Shown here: positions 1 to 11,507 of the stretch, piece by piece
Layout: each line of letters opens with the position of its first letter
Numbering within the stretch: the stretch's first letter is position 1
Source of the DNA: Eledone cirrhosa
Taxonomy: Eukaryota
Assembly: GCA_964016885.1 (NCBI GenBank)
Contig: OZ024741.1
Coordinates: forward strand, 70,556,001-70,620,000
Reading direction: 5' to 3'
DNA length: 64,000 bases
Notes under the pieces: model-generated
What the model saw: only the letters and a program-made list of their open reading frames with translations
What the model was told of the DNA's origin: nothing
Database searches by the model: none
Translations under genes and position numbers: made by a program

Positions 1-4
1 TGTA

Positions 5-85
<81 letters not shown>
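1..85. repeat. (TA)n microsatellite
   Basis: Direct read. Confidence 0.95.
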
Positions 86-87
<2 letters not shown>

Positions 88-151
88 AGCGAATTTTCAA
101 CCGTCAAAGTTGTTTTCCATGGTTATGTCACTATTTATAAAACAAATTTTG

Positions 152-206
152 TATTTTATCTGATGAAAGCGCACCAAGTCGCCCTTGAAATATATATAAT
201 AAAATA
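152..206 (+). ncRNA. Minimal type-I hammerhead ribozyme motif in a short non-autonomous element next to (TA)n
   Basis: Stem I tattttat/ataaaata; core CTGATGA; stem II aag...ctt; GAAA; palindromic tatata stem III/loop; AUA cleavage triplet. Confidence 0.7.
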
Positions 207-810
207 ATTATGGTTTTATAAATATAGTTTCCATTTATTAATATATTAAACATTTACTCCGGAAAACTGTTGAGTGCTCTATATCAGTTATAAACTTTTA
301 AGTTTGTTGGAATCCCAACAAATTAAATATAAGGGGGTAGTAAGTTGTGATATTTTCTACTCCCCTCTACGCCCAGCTCAGCTGGATTAAGATACTAATG
401 ACCAAAGGGCATCCCAGCCGTGACCACTCAAAAAAAAAATCTTCCTGCCAAATTTTGTTTTACCTCCTTCAGGGTCCAAGTAAAGGGCGTCATAACTTAA
501 CTAGCACAGAGCCTCATTTGTCCTAAATCCAGCTCTGCTTGCAGTATATGTTCTGACTCTACGTTCAGGTTTCAAATCTCACCGAGGGTAAATAACTTTA
601 CCTTTCTTCCTCTTTGAGTCAATAAAATAAACTACCAGACCGGGGGTGGGGGTATTGGCGGAATTGTGAGAATGTCGAAAAAAAATGCTTTGCAGCATTT
701 TTTTTTTTTTTTGCGGCTCTCTACGTTCTGAGTAGTGCCCGGGTAGATGTAGCGTGCTTATGACTCTAACAAATAAGAGAAAGAGAAATTTTGCCTTCTA
801 GGTTGTATGT

Positions 811-974
811 CAGTCATGGCCAAAATGCGGCCCGCGAGACGCATGCGGCCCCTTTGTCTTTCTGAATAGCACGCCTAATTTCAAAATTGCCTTGAATCTT
901 TTAGTAGTGCGGTCCGCATTATGATGAGCCACATCATATGCGGCCCACTGCTCAAAAAAGATTACCCATGCCTG
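811..974. mobile_element. hAT-like MITE
   Basis: Imperfect TIRs cagtcatggccaa / ttacccatgcctg and repeated gcggccc subterminal motifs. Confidence 0.55.
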
Positions 975-1329
975 TCTATGGTGTAGCTAGTGGGTAACAG
1001 AATAGATTTTCACGTATTGATAAAAGTATGTATATGACCTTGACTGCAGGAAATTAGGTCTTCAAATGATAAAATAAAATAAAATTACCACTAACGGCTG
1101 GCTCATATTTCTACTGCCCACAGGATTGCCTACTTACGTTAATTAGTGTATCAACGTAGTCTGATCTAGATAGAGGCGACCTCTTAGCATATAGTAACAA
1201 ACCAAACGACTATAGTAGGTACGATAAAGGGTGGAGATGGCCCTACAACCATTAAGCCGTTGAGACACCACTAAGGGTTTCAACTCCATACAATATGTAT
1301 GTGTTCTTCTGGTTTTATATTTTACAATT

Positions 1330-1332
<3 letters not shown>

Positions 1333-1404
<72 letters not shown>
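1333..1404. repeat. (CA)n microsatellite
   Basis: Direct read. Confidence 0.95.
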
Positions 1405-1406
<2 letters not shown>

Positions 1407-1959
1407 TGGTTTCTAGTACAGAAACATGACTCTTACACTGGAGTTTAGAAAACATCAACTTGGTAATTGTGTGTATGTGTACATGCGAGTATATATGGAT
1501 GTCATTGCATATGAGGATCTGTATGTTTTGTGTTATATGTGTTATATGTGTGTGTCTACGTGTGTGTGTATATGTATGTATCGAGGGTTAGTGTGTCAGT
1601 CTACTCATGAAATTAACATGTAAGTAGCTGAGAACTCCATAGACACGTGTACCCATAACGAAAGTCTCTAGAAGGTTCTGCGAGGTACTGTGTTTGACAA
1701 GACTGGCTCTCTGAAATTCAGATACTCTCCAATTGACGGGCTTCCAAACAAAATTTCTGTTTACCCAATTTCACTCGAAAGCATGTGTCTATCCGTAGCT
1801 ATTGTGAGACTTGCTCAAGATGCCACGTGCTGGGATCGAACCCAAAACTTGATGGTTGAGAAGTGAATTCCTTAACTATTCGGCCATGATGCGTTTACAG
1901 TAAGGTGCACGAATAACTCAGTGGTACCTTAAAGTTCAAACCAGCATGTAGTTTCCAAT

Positions 1960-2245
1960 CTAATTTTGTGCAGCATGGACTACTATGGACATGGGGTTAG
2001 AATGTCTCAGGAAAGAATCGCTGGACAGATTTTACGGGCAAAACCAACCAACAGGAGTCCCAGGGGTAGACCCCGAGCAAGATGGTTGGATAACATCCAT
2101 GATCTTGGCTGGTCTCGCTTGGGGATCCAGCCGGATCAGTTGGGAACGGTTGCTTGTGGCAAGAACTGCTGGAAGGAGTATTTGAGGACTCTGCTCTGCG
2201 CCCAACGACCCTCTCGGGAATAAGTGGGTGAAGAAGAAGAAAAGA
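1960..2245 (+). mobile_element. 5'-truncated 3' end of an RTE-clade LINE
   Basis: YYGHGVRMSQERI...RSPRGRPRARWLDNI is the typical RTE ORF2 C-terminus; followed by a short (GAA)n tail. Confidence 0.75.
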
Positions 2246-2886
2246 TGGAATACATTTTGATCAAACACTACATGTGCTTACATGGTAAATGATGGTTAAA
2301 AGATTTAAAACATTAACAAAATGTTTAAAACAGCCATTGGAAATAATTCTCAATATTTGTGCGGTTTAAAAATGTTATTAAAATAAACCCTGTCAAAGTG
2401 CATGTGTGTAGGCGTGTGTCTGTGCGTGAGGGGGAGAAGCAGAAAAAGAAGAAAAAATGCAGATCATAAATCTTGAAGGCTTATCTCCAAAGAAATGCGA
2501 GTCACTAGAAGAAAAAGGAAAAATAAATAATTGGAGCTGGGTCTATTTTTCGACTGTTTTCTTGCTAGGTTTTCTCCATTGACAAACGGCTACTCCTTCC
2601 CCATCCACATATAAACACATATGCATGGCATAGCACCGAACGTTTCCTGGTTATAATTAACAAACACGGGCTCTTGTGTTAAAAGACAGAACATCCTCTG
2701 TCTATTACTAAAAATAAGAAAAACAAACTGCTTGCATAGTCAATGTTTTTTTATTGTTTTTGTTGTTTTGATTATTATTTTTAACATTTTAACATGAATT
2801 TATTGTTGATTTTATTTCTATTATGTCTTCATTTGTTTTACATTAAGATCTCTTAAATTAAAACATTATCTTCCTTTTTAATAATA

Positions 2887-3077
2887 GGCGGTGGATTGGC
2901 AGTATCGGTAGAGAGTCGGACGCCATGCTTTGACGCATAGAGTTACGGCCCTTGCCATTCTGAGTTCAAATCCCGCCGAGGTTAACTTTGCCTTTCATCC
3001 TTACGGGGTCGATAAAATAAAGTACCAGTAATGCACTGGGTAATTGCTGGCCTTGTGCCTAAAGTAGAAACAATTAT
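2887..3077 (+). mobile_element. tRNA-derived SINE with Deu/Nin-like central domain (representative copy; more than 15 further copies or fragments in the window)
   Basis: tggcagtatcggt A-box-like, gagttcaaatcc B-box, gcctttcatccttacggggtcgataaaataaagtacc core; flanking duplication attatcttcctttt (2865-2878 / 3073-3086). Confidence 0.8.
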
Positions 3078-3431
3078 CTTCCTTTTGATAAACGTTGTGT
3101 GTGTTGCCACCACATATTCAAACACACACAAACCTACACATACGTACATTTCTACAGATCTTTACACAGCTATGTGGTTGTCAAGATCATTTCGCGATCA
3201 TGTGGTTTCGGGTTCACTGCATGGCACCTTGTCTAAGTATTATACCCCCGGGGGTGAAATTTGGTAGACGGAAATTGTGTAAAAGCTAGTTATGTCTATA
3301 TATATATAATATATATATAGCAATAATACAAAGACCAAAATCCGAAGAGGGCTCGATAAAGATTGTATATATATAAACTCGTATAGGGTGAAAGCAGAAG
3401 TTCTTTGCTTAAACTTTAATCTGTACTAATA

Positions 3432-3479
<48 letters not shown>

Positions 3480-3603
3480 TCTTCACTACGTAGAAGTTTG
3501 GCTTTTAGCAGATTCTCCACCACGTGCGAGTTTAGCTTACTACCCTGAGAGCGCTCTATATATCCTCTTGTCCTACACAATTTTGCGTCTCATCAACGTC
3601 AGT

Positions 3604-5667
3604 ATGGATTTATACGAACTGAATTACTCCCTGAAGAACATTCCAACCACCTCCAACCATGTTTACCAAAAGTTCCTCCTACAAAAAGCGGAAGATGTCG
3701 TCAGACGCTTAAGATGGCGAGCCCTAGCTTTCGACGGCAAAATTACAGGCACCAACAACACCTTCAACCTGAAATCGAGAGCTTACCCTCCTAAGGTAAT
3801 CGAACTTGCTCCTTTCGAGACGGACCTTCTTGACTTAGTCGCTAACATTTCCTTTCGCAAACACATTAACACCTTTCAAACGAAACTCAGAAACGATATT
3901 AAGAAATGTAGGTCTTCTAATAACACCTTCGTCCTTTCCGACAAAACTAATAATATTTACAAAGTCGACAACACCACTTTCCGCCACCTGGCCCATAACG
4001 CTATTACTTCTAAATATAAGAAAGCTAACCCTATGGCCTACCACGACATTAATACAGAAGCCAAGGAACTCGCCACCGACCTTAAGGTAGATAAGAAGCT
4101 ACAATCTCTAGCTAAGCGGGAGGCGTTCCTCACCCTGAAAGATCACAAGGTAGACTTTACTTCTAACCCCACATGTAGACTAATAAACCCGGCACGCACA
4201 GATATGGGACTAGTGAGTAAGGCCATACTTAGAAACATAGTTAAGACCATTCCAACCTGCCCCAGTGGGAGAACAGCGACTCCGTAATTAAGTGGTTTAA
4301 CTCCTTAAAATCCCCAAAAGCGAAGTTCACAGTTTAACATTGTCGATTTTTACCCTTCGATCTCAGAGACGCTGTTAAACAAAGCGTTGGACTTCGCTAC
4401 CACTTATACCACCGTCGATGGTTTAGACAGGGAGATCATCGCTCACTGCCGGAAAACCTTCCTCTTCAACGACGGAGCAGCCTGGGCAAAGAAGTCTACA
4501 TCTTCAGACCTGTTCAACGTCTCCATGGGATCGTTTGACAGTGCTGACGTATGTGACTTGGTTGGCCTTTTTATCTTAGACATATTACGTGTTAGATTCC
4601 CGGACTTCCACACGGGAATATACCGTGACGATGGACTGACTTTATCGAGCTATAAAAGTGGTCACGACCTCAACCGGTTTAAAAAAGACTTAGCTTCTAC
4701 CTTCAATGAGTTAGGAGTTAGGATAACAGTAGCTACCAACCTCTCTAGCGTAGATTTCCACAGACCCTTCCATAAGCTAAACGAGAAACTTAATTACATT
4801 CACAAGGACTCATGCCACCCTCCCACTGTTTTTAGAAACTTCGTTAAGAATATCAGTACTAGAATCTCAAACCTCTCCTCTAATAAGGCTATCTTTGACA
4901 GGGCGGCACCCTACTATAACACGGCGTTGGCTAACAGCGGCTTCTCACAACCTATCACCTACTCTCCCACTAGCAACAACACCATTAAGAAAAGTAAGCG
5001 CATCAATAGACAAACTATCTGGTTCTCTCCTCCCTTCTCACTCAACGTTAAAACCAATGTAGGAAAAACATTTCAAGCCCTCTTAGATAGACACTTCCCC
5101 ATAGGTCATAAATACCGCTCCATCTTTAACCGATACAAAGTTAAACTAGGATACTCCTGCGCTAAGAATATGAAGGCCCACATCACCAGCAGCCCTAGGA
5201 GCAACACCCCACCAGGGTGCTCTTGCCGTAAACCTGAAGCTTGCCCCCTTCAACAACAATGCAACACACCAGCTGTAATGTATGAAGCTGTGGTCACTTC
5301 CAACTGACCAAACGAACCACAGGAGGTCAAATCCTATGTGGGCATGGCGGAGGGCCGATTCAAGAAGCGTTCCAGAAACCACCAGTCTACCTTCAGATAC
5401 CCGGACAGACGTTCATCCACGAAACTCGCGAGCCACATATGGTCCCTCAAGGACTCAAGTATAGGCTACTCCATTCAATGGAAAGCCATCACTAAGTCCA
5501 AGCCATACGCAAGGGGAAATCCGACGTGTGGCTTATGTATCGACGAACGAATAACTATCCTAAAGAGATTACGCAATAGTGATTGCCTAAACACGAGAAG
5601 TGAATTTTTCACACGTTGTCCACACGTCACCAAACATCTATTACATAACTACAAGGCTCCGTACTGA
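3604..5667 (+). pseudogene. Disrupted PLE polyprotein (reverse transcriptase + GIY-YIG endonuclease)
   Basis: Frameshifts near 4250 and 4330, RT motif A Asp apparently changed to Asn, apparent internal deletions near 4755 and 5185, in-frame TGA at 5305-5307. Confidence 0.85.
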
Positions 5668-5851
5668 TTCTTTGTAATTTTATTTTTAATTTTTTTAAAT
5701 TTTATTTTTAACCTAAAAACTTTCCGGACTTTCGCAGTTATCTCCCTTACACCTCCCGCACGCAGTCTAGTATTGCCTGTGTGAAGTGACTGAGTTTCTG
5801 CGCATGCGCGTTCGTACGGTTGTCCTTCCTGTTCTTATAACCATACACATC

Positions 5852-5891
5852 CCGAGCTGAAGATCCGCGAAGGTGAAACAATTGTTCTCGG
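5852..5891 (+). ncRNA. Minimal type-I hammerhead ribozyme motif in the PLE 3' UTR
   Basis: ccgag-CTGAAGA-tccgcgaaggt-GAAAC-aatt-GTT-ctcgg: stem I ccgag/ctcgg, palindromic acaattgt stem III; stem II weak. Confidence 0.7.
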
Positions 5892-5930
5892 TTTGGTGAA
5901 CTAACTGTTGTGTAACCACTTCTCTCTCTC

Positions 5931-5973
<43 letters not shown>

Positions 5974-6203
5974 GAAAAAGTATGACCTCGACGGCAGAGC
6001 TCAAGCCGTTTCATACATACACATACACGCGTGGTTGAATGGTCAGAGAATTGGATTCGCAATAGTGGGATTGTGAGTTCAATTCCCGGACCGGGCGATG
6101 CTTTATGTCCTAGAGCAAGGCACTTTATTTCACTTTGTTCCTTCTGCTTGGATTTGCGACCGGTAGATAATGTTAGCAATTGGAAAGACCAATACTAATA
6201 TTG

Positions 6204-6237
<34 letters not shown>

Positions 6238-6279
6238 AAAAAGAACAAAGGAACAATTATGACATTATAACAAGTTTAT

Positions 6280-6326
6280 TGCCGACAGCCGTTTCGTCCG
6301 ACCACATGGTGGGACTTTTCAAGGCA
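6280..6326 (-). ncRNA. Hammerhead ribozyme motif (U3-A8 variant), inverted copy
   Basis: Reverse complement of 7888-7934. Confidence 0.72.
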
Positions 6327-7887
6327 TACAACATGTGACTGTAAGATCATTATCTACATCAACGTATCACTCAAGGCTAGCAGTTTGAAATTGTGGTATA
6401 CATCAGCAGCTCGGCTTGTATAGTTGGGGGTCTATATTCTAAGGGGGCTCTTTTATATTAGTTGTCGGGGTCAGGGATTGAAGGTTAAAAATTAGATAAT
6501 ATATAATTTACGCATTAACAGTAAACTAAAAGACAGGTACATCTCCCAGGGGGTCCACGCAGCTGATAGTGAATCCCAGTTGATCCGTGAACTATGAACT
6601 TTTAAACAACACCAGCTGTGCCTGGAGCTATGCAGATGACTACATACGCATAATGGATATCGCGCCCACACGGTCACCAGTACTGTTCATCCTGTTGTAT
6701 GTATGTAAATATCCGTGCGCGGGATATCCCCGAGTACATTTTCTTGACCATCAATTGTTAATCGATTGTTTGTTAATTAGGCAGGAATATACCATTGTGT
6801 CTGTTCTAATCCTATGTGTTGCTGTGTGTGTGTAAGGTATCCGAGCGCGGGATATCCCTGAGCTAATTTTGCCTGACTGTTAATAGTGTTTTGATTACTT
6901 GTTAATTAGGCAGGAATATATATTATTATGTCTTTGTTAATCCTGTATCAATAATTTTATAATAATTTTTTGTGATAATACATTGTTAGATTACTGAAGC
7001 TACCTTATACCTTCTTAAAAATACATTTTATAATTATTGTCTTTTTGCTTATGTATTTTCTTATTTACCACTCTCTTTAATCTTGCCCAACTTGATAAAC
7101 TCTTTGAATTGCTCCCTAATTAAATTAATTAAATTACTCAAATTACTTAAATTATTGTATCTATTATGCCTAAGTTATATCTGCTGAAGCAGCCCTTTGA
7201 AAATTCCTCGGATATCCCAAATACCGTAATTTTAACTTTTAATGTATAGTTTTCCTCAATTCGTTTTTATATATATCCTTAAAGGCTCTCTAAAATTTTA
7301 ATTCTTCGAAGGGTCTCTCGGAGGAGGTTCCTATTAAAAATATTAAAGGGGCCTTTTCTGAGAGAACTATAGAAGGCTCTTTGAATTAACCTTTAATTGA
7401 TTAGTTTCTTTCAACTTAGTAGGGAATATCAAAACTTCGTAAGTTTTCTGAAATTTGTAAACGTGATCTCGGGGGAAGAAAGTTTTTTTCTTTCGGAAAA
7501 AAACTTTTTCTCTCGAAGGATTTTCATAGGAAACTTTATATATTTTTTTAGGGAAACTTTATATTTTTATTTTTTATTTTATTAGCCTCTTAATTTCTTC
7601 TAGTTTAGTAGGTTTATTGGAGCCTGTAAGCTTTATGCACTTATTGAGGGATTTTTTAAGGTGCTTCTAAGGGACCCCAAGTCTTTTAGTTTACTGTTAA
7701 TGCGTAAATTATATATTATCTAATTTTTAACCTTCAATCCCTGACCCCGACAACTAATATAAAAGAGCCCCCTTAGAATATAGACCCCAACTATACAAGC
7801 CGAGCTGCTGATGTATACCACAATTTCAAACTGCTAGCCTTGAGTGATACGTTGATGTAGATAATGATCTTACAGTCACATGTTGTA

Positions 7888-7934
7888 TGCCTTGAAAAGT
7901 CCCACCATGTGGTCGGACGAAACGGCTGTCGGCA
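7888..7934 (+). ncRNA. Minimal type-I hammerhead ribozyme motif (U3-A8 compensatory core)
   Basis: tgcc-TTGAAAA-gtcc(caccatgtggtc)ggac-GAAAC-ggct-GTC-ggca; all three stems present, GUC cleavage triplet, AATAAA immediately after. Confidence 0.75.
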
Positions 7935-9833
7935 ATAAACTTGTTATAATGTCATAATTGTTCCTTTGTTCTTTTTCACAAATATTTCTGCTCTGCGTAT
8001 ACGCATAGAGCTTAACTAGCTACCGTCACATATTTGGTAGGTCAGACGTGATCATCGCGATTCACATACGACCTACCATACATCTTACTTATATATATAT
8101 ATATATAGGTGTGTCCAGTTATGCGCCGTAACCTAACGATTCAACAAAAAGAGATCGATAAAATAAGTATCAAAGTCTACATAATCGTTTCCATCCCTTT
8201 TAGGCGGTGTCCTAGCATGAACACAGTCTGATGAATAACGCCAGTAAAAAAGTAGATTCTTTTCCCTTAAGATATAACAGTCCAAAGTTTGACGTATCCC
8301 CCATCGAGTGCCTTCCATTTTTTTTTTCTATCCACTCTTGTCCAAACTGATATTGTATATCCCGAGATAGCCTTCAAGTACTCTTCTTTTTGTTCATCTA
8401 CTATCTTCTGTTCGGGCTAAGTGTATTTACATATATGTAAATACACTAAGTCAGAACTGCGTTACTACGACGGATTGGCGTCCCATCAGCAGTCTATGTA
8501 TTCTTGGTTGCTTAACGCACATGAAATCAGGATAAACTCCAGGCTTCGTCCAACATGTGCAAGCATGGATAAACGGACGTAAAACGATAATTCTAAATTA
8601 TGAAACTTTAGTAACAATATTTTTACACGAGTACAACAAATTCATTGCAATTTAGTGTATATACTTTTAATAGTGATTAATGAGAGTATGAAATAAATTT
8701 ATTGTAACTGATTTCGATGAGTGTAAAATGAAATGTGCCATTGACTGGAGTGACAAGGAGAGAATGTCAAGGAAAATCGAAGATTCGTGCATCTTTACAT
8801 AGAATGTTGGATTTAAGGGATTATTAAATTTAATGTTTTCTTTTTACTATTACCCCCCCCCCCAATCAATTTTGAGGGGTACTGTTTTAGTTTAATATAA
8901 TAATTGTTTCTACTTTGGGCACAAGGCCAGCAATTACCTCAGTACATTACCGGTGCTTTATTTTATCGACCCCGTAAGGATAAAAGGTAAAATTAACCTC
9001 GGCAGGATTTCAATATAATAATACGCTCCGTTCTATCCGTCTTTCGGATAAGATGCTGTGAGAGATAATGTATTATATGTAGAATGAGCCGTATCTTATG
9101 CGACTAATTAGTGTCCTAAACCTCGCATTATTCAAAAACTCTGTTCAAGATATTTAGAGGACAGTAAGGGTTTTACAGCATTTTTTAATATATATATATA
9201 TAGACAAAAACACTTCATATGTTCAAAACAGCACTATTTAAAATCGTTTAAGATGCAAGCTGTATATTTCACTCAGGATTTTTAAGACAAATAAAGCAAT
9301 AGGAAAAAGTCATTAATAAAAAAGATTAAATTCGAAAACAGTAGATATATTTAAAGGAAAAGCCGTTCCCTTTATACACAAATATACATATATTTCTTGT
9401 GCTTGGAGTTGGCTTATCTTTGTAAGTAAACTTAATATCGGGTGTGTTGACAAGATAGATTGTTGGTAAAGTAATAGATAAATATAGAAATAATTAAATT
9501 CCTAAAATACCAAAGACTGAAAGATTATAGTTATGATAGCGATAGTATTATAAACGTTATCGCATATATTGAAGAATTATGCATTAAGGTATGAATGAGT
9601 GTCCTTTGATAGTTGGTTGGTATAATAGTTGATTATTAAAAGGGTGGTGGATTGGCACAGTTTTTAGAGCACCGGATAAATGCCCGGAAGTGTTTGTTCC
9701 GGCTCTGTTATGTTCTGAGCTTAAATCTCGCTGGTGTCAACTTTGCCTTTCATCATTTCGGCGCCGATATAAGTTCTGGGGTCGGTTTAATCGATTTTCC
9801 CCTCCCACAAATTGCTGACTATATATATATATA

Positions 9834-11210
9834 TTGATGAACCACTGCTGGAAAGTTGGTCGGGCTCCCCTTGAGTGGAAGCGCGGTATCATCGTCAAAC
9901 TGCCGAAGAAGGGAAACCTGGTAGACTGCAACAACTCGAGTGGTATCACATTGCTGTCAGTCCCAGGCAAGGCATTCTGCACTGTGCTGCTGCGTCGACT
10001 CCAGCAGCTGTCGACTCTGTGCTCCGGGAGGAACAAGCCGGCTTCCGAAAAAAATCGATCTTGCACGGAACAGATCTTTAAACTACGCAACATTCTCGAA
10101 CAATGCGTTGAGCTACAACAGCCTTTGGCAGTCAATTTTATTGATTTCCAGAAGGCATTCGACAGTGTACACCGGGAGTCGCTGTGGAATGTTGCGCAAC
10201 TGTACGGCATTCCTGCAAGATTCATCGCTATTTTCAAGGTCCTGTATGCAAACTCCAGCTGCTGCGTGTGGACTGAGTCCGGTGTGACGGAGTTCTTTGA
10301 CATTGTCTCCGGAATCAGACAGGGTTGCATTCTCTCTCCACTGTTGTTCCTGCTGGCAGCCGATTTCGTACTAATGCGAATGGATGAAGGACCCGGTCGA
10401 GGAATCCCATGGAGAGGGCAGTCGACGCTGAGGGACCTGCCATTCGCCGACGACATCGCTTTGATTGCTGAAAACAGTGCAGATCTGCAGGCCCTAACAA
10501 CATCCCTACAAGAGAGTGCGGAAAAGATCGGCCTGAGAATCAACACCTAAAAGACCAAGGTCATGAGAACGGCCAGCAACACAGGTCCAGTGATCAGAGT
10601 CAACCAATAGGACCTCGAGGAAGTCGATCACTTCACCTATCTGGGCAGCATCCTGACAAGCAGCGTTGGATCGGCAAAGGAGCCGCAGTTTTCCAGCGGC
10701 TGTGCCCAGTCTGGTCGTCTTCATGCATTAGCACCAAGACCAAGCTGCGCCTGTACAAGAGCATTGTGCTGCCGACAGTGCTTTATGCGAGCGAGACCTG
10801 GAAGAGTACGGCAAAAATAGAGAGATGGCTGAACGCTTTCCACCAGCGGTGCCTGAGAAAGATCCTTCGTGTGTCCTGGCGCGACCGAGTGCGAAACGAG
10901 GAGATCCTGCGGAGAGCCGAGTCGTGGGCGCTACCGAGAGTGGTCACGGAGCGTCGGTGCCGTCTGGCTGGCCATATTCTGCGCCTGCGAAATGAACGGC
11001 ATTCGAAAACAGCGATGAACTGGACTCCGCCTGGCGGTAAACGGAGGCGGGGTTGCCCAAGGATCACCTGGCGACGAACGTTCCAGAAGGACCTGATGGC
11101 AGTCAACATCACCTGGCACGGTCTCGAAAAAGTTGCCGCTGATCGTGACCGTTGGCGAGTAGTTACTGCTCGTTGCGCCGAACGGCGCAGAAGAATCTAA
11201 GACTAAGATA
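9834..11210 (+). mobile_element. 5'-truncated RTE-clade LINE (RT and C-terminus, with frameshifts and stops)
   Basis: KLPKKGNL..., FIDFQKAFDSVHR, GIRQGCILSPLLF, FADDIAL, YASETW, GKRRRGCPRITWRRT; (ctaaga)2 tail; in TA-rich target. Confidence 0.9.
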
Positions 11211-11428
11211 TATATAAAAACAAACAAAGATGGTGTGGTAAGATACCAGGTGGACCATAACGCACCAGAGTACTCAATACTTCAGTTCGGATCTAGCTGT
11301 CGAAATGGCCGGAGCTCAGCCGTCGGGGTCTTGACTCTTTTCCTATATATAACAAAGGAATTGTGGTAAGGAACCAGATGGACCATAACGCACCAGAGTA
11401 CTCAATACTTAGGGTAGTAGAGTGGGAA

Positions 11429-11507
11429 ATAGGGAAAAGTATGACCTCGACGGCAGAGCTCAAGCCGTCGAAACGGTTTGAGCTCTGCCGTCTGGGTCAT
11501 ACTTTTT

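Larger units (their letters stand above)
3477..5930 (+). mobile_element. Penelope-like retroelement (Naiad-type), apparently full length but decayed, inserted in (TA)n
   Basis: ORF remnants 3604-5667: YSLKNIP N-terminus, RLINP, FNIVDFYPSI, MGSFDSADVCDLVG, YRDDGL (RT), CxCx5Cx5C knuckle, VMY...YVG GIY-YIG nuclease with H..H..CGLC; (TA)n on both sides; 3' hammerhead. Confidence 0.88.
6234..8090. mobile_element. Non-autonomous Penelope-like element with inverted pseudo-LTR, flanked by (TA)n
   Basis: 6234-6534 is the reverse complement of 7681-7980 (one 1-nt indel seen); each arm carries a hammerhead; the right arm has a 110-nt structured tail. Confidence 0.75.

Noticed and set aside
6028-6140. 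tRNA gene
   Set aside because: Has A/B-box-like motifs but continues into a SINE body (gagcaaggcactttatttcac); it is a tRNA-derived SINE head
9737-11227. Minus-strand and alternate-frame ORFs over the LINE (also 49913-51644 on +)
   Set aside because: Antisense shadows of RT coding sequence
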